64,000 bases of DNA from Candidatus Saccharimonadota bacterium (GTDB lineage: Bacteria; Patescibacteriota; Saccharimonadia; Saccharimonadales; Saccharimonadaceae), in assembly GCA_017514765.1 (NCBI GenBank), contig JAFWIU010000012.1, positions 313-64,312 on the forward strand, given 5' to 3'. Shown here piece after piece: positions 63,967 to 64,000 of this stretch. The notes below the pieces were generated by a model, which saw nothing but the letters and a program-made list of their open reading frames with translations, ran no database searches and was not told where the DNA came from. Positions within the stretch are counted from its first letter, which is position 1; each line of letters opens with the position of its first letter. The position numbers and the translations under genes are program-made.

Positions 63967-64000
63967 AAATCAAGTATATTATATATATGTAGTGCTAAAA

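Noticed and set aside
1-64000. Alternative genetic code (UGA=Gly, code 25)
   Set aside because: Conserved genes such as clpP, ligA and arcA end at TGA at expected lengths, and long ORFs have no internal TGA.

Overview
A gene-dense bacterial chromosome segment in standard code 11 (TGA is a real stop). I infer a host-associated Patescibacteria/CPR genome, most likely Saccharibacteria (TM7) from a gut or rumen habitat; this rests on reduced glycolytic enzymes, the deiminase pathways, the surface-protein families and many apparently leaderless genes, not on a database hit. Contents in order: 3' end of 23S rRNA and 5S rRNA; ahcY; a C-terminally anchored papain-like protease; nusA and rnj; a three-gene surface locus with two dockerin-bearing proteins (one an S8 protease, one split by a +1 frameshift) and a cell-anchored protein with an N-terminal cohesin-like domain; trxB; tRNAs; lemA-htpX-ligA; pcrA; a MazF/PemK relic; HTH-fused murA; an InlB-repeat/FISUMP protein; pgk, pyk, pgi, gpmI; ftsH, pepN; a four-domain cell-wall hydrolase; a combined agmatine deiminase plus arginine deiminase cluster; CIRCE-preceded clpC-clpP; and a Fic toxin with an RHH-VbhA-like antitoxin. 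The best candidate for an undescribed system is the cohesin-dockerin (cellulosome-like, but with a protease as cargo) locus at 7.7-17.0 kb. Several long palindromic elements also stand out: one in frame inside ligA, one derived from a tRNA-Glu 3' end, and one MITE-like. No CRISPR array, integrase, transposase or prophage was seen. All domain calls are motif recognition by eye and need HMM or structure confirmation.
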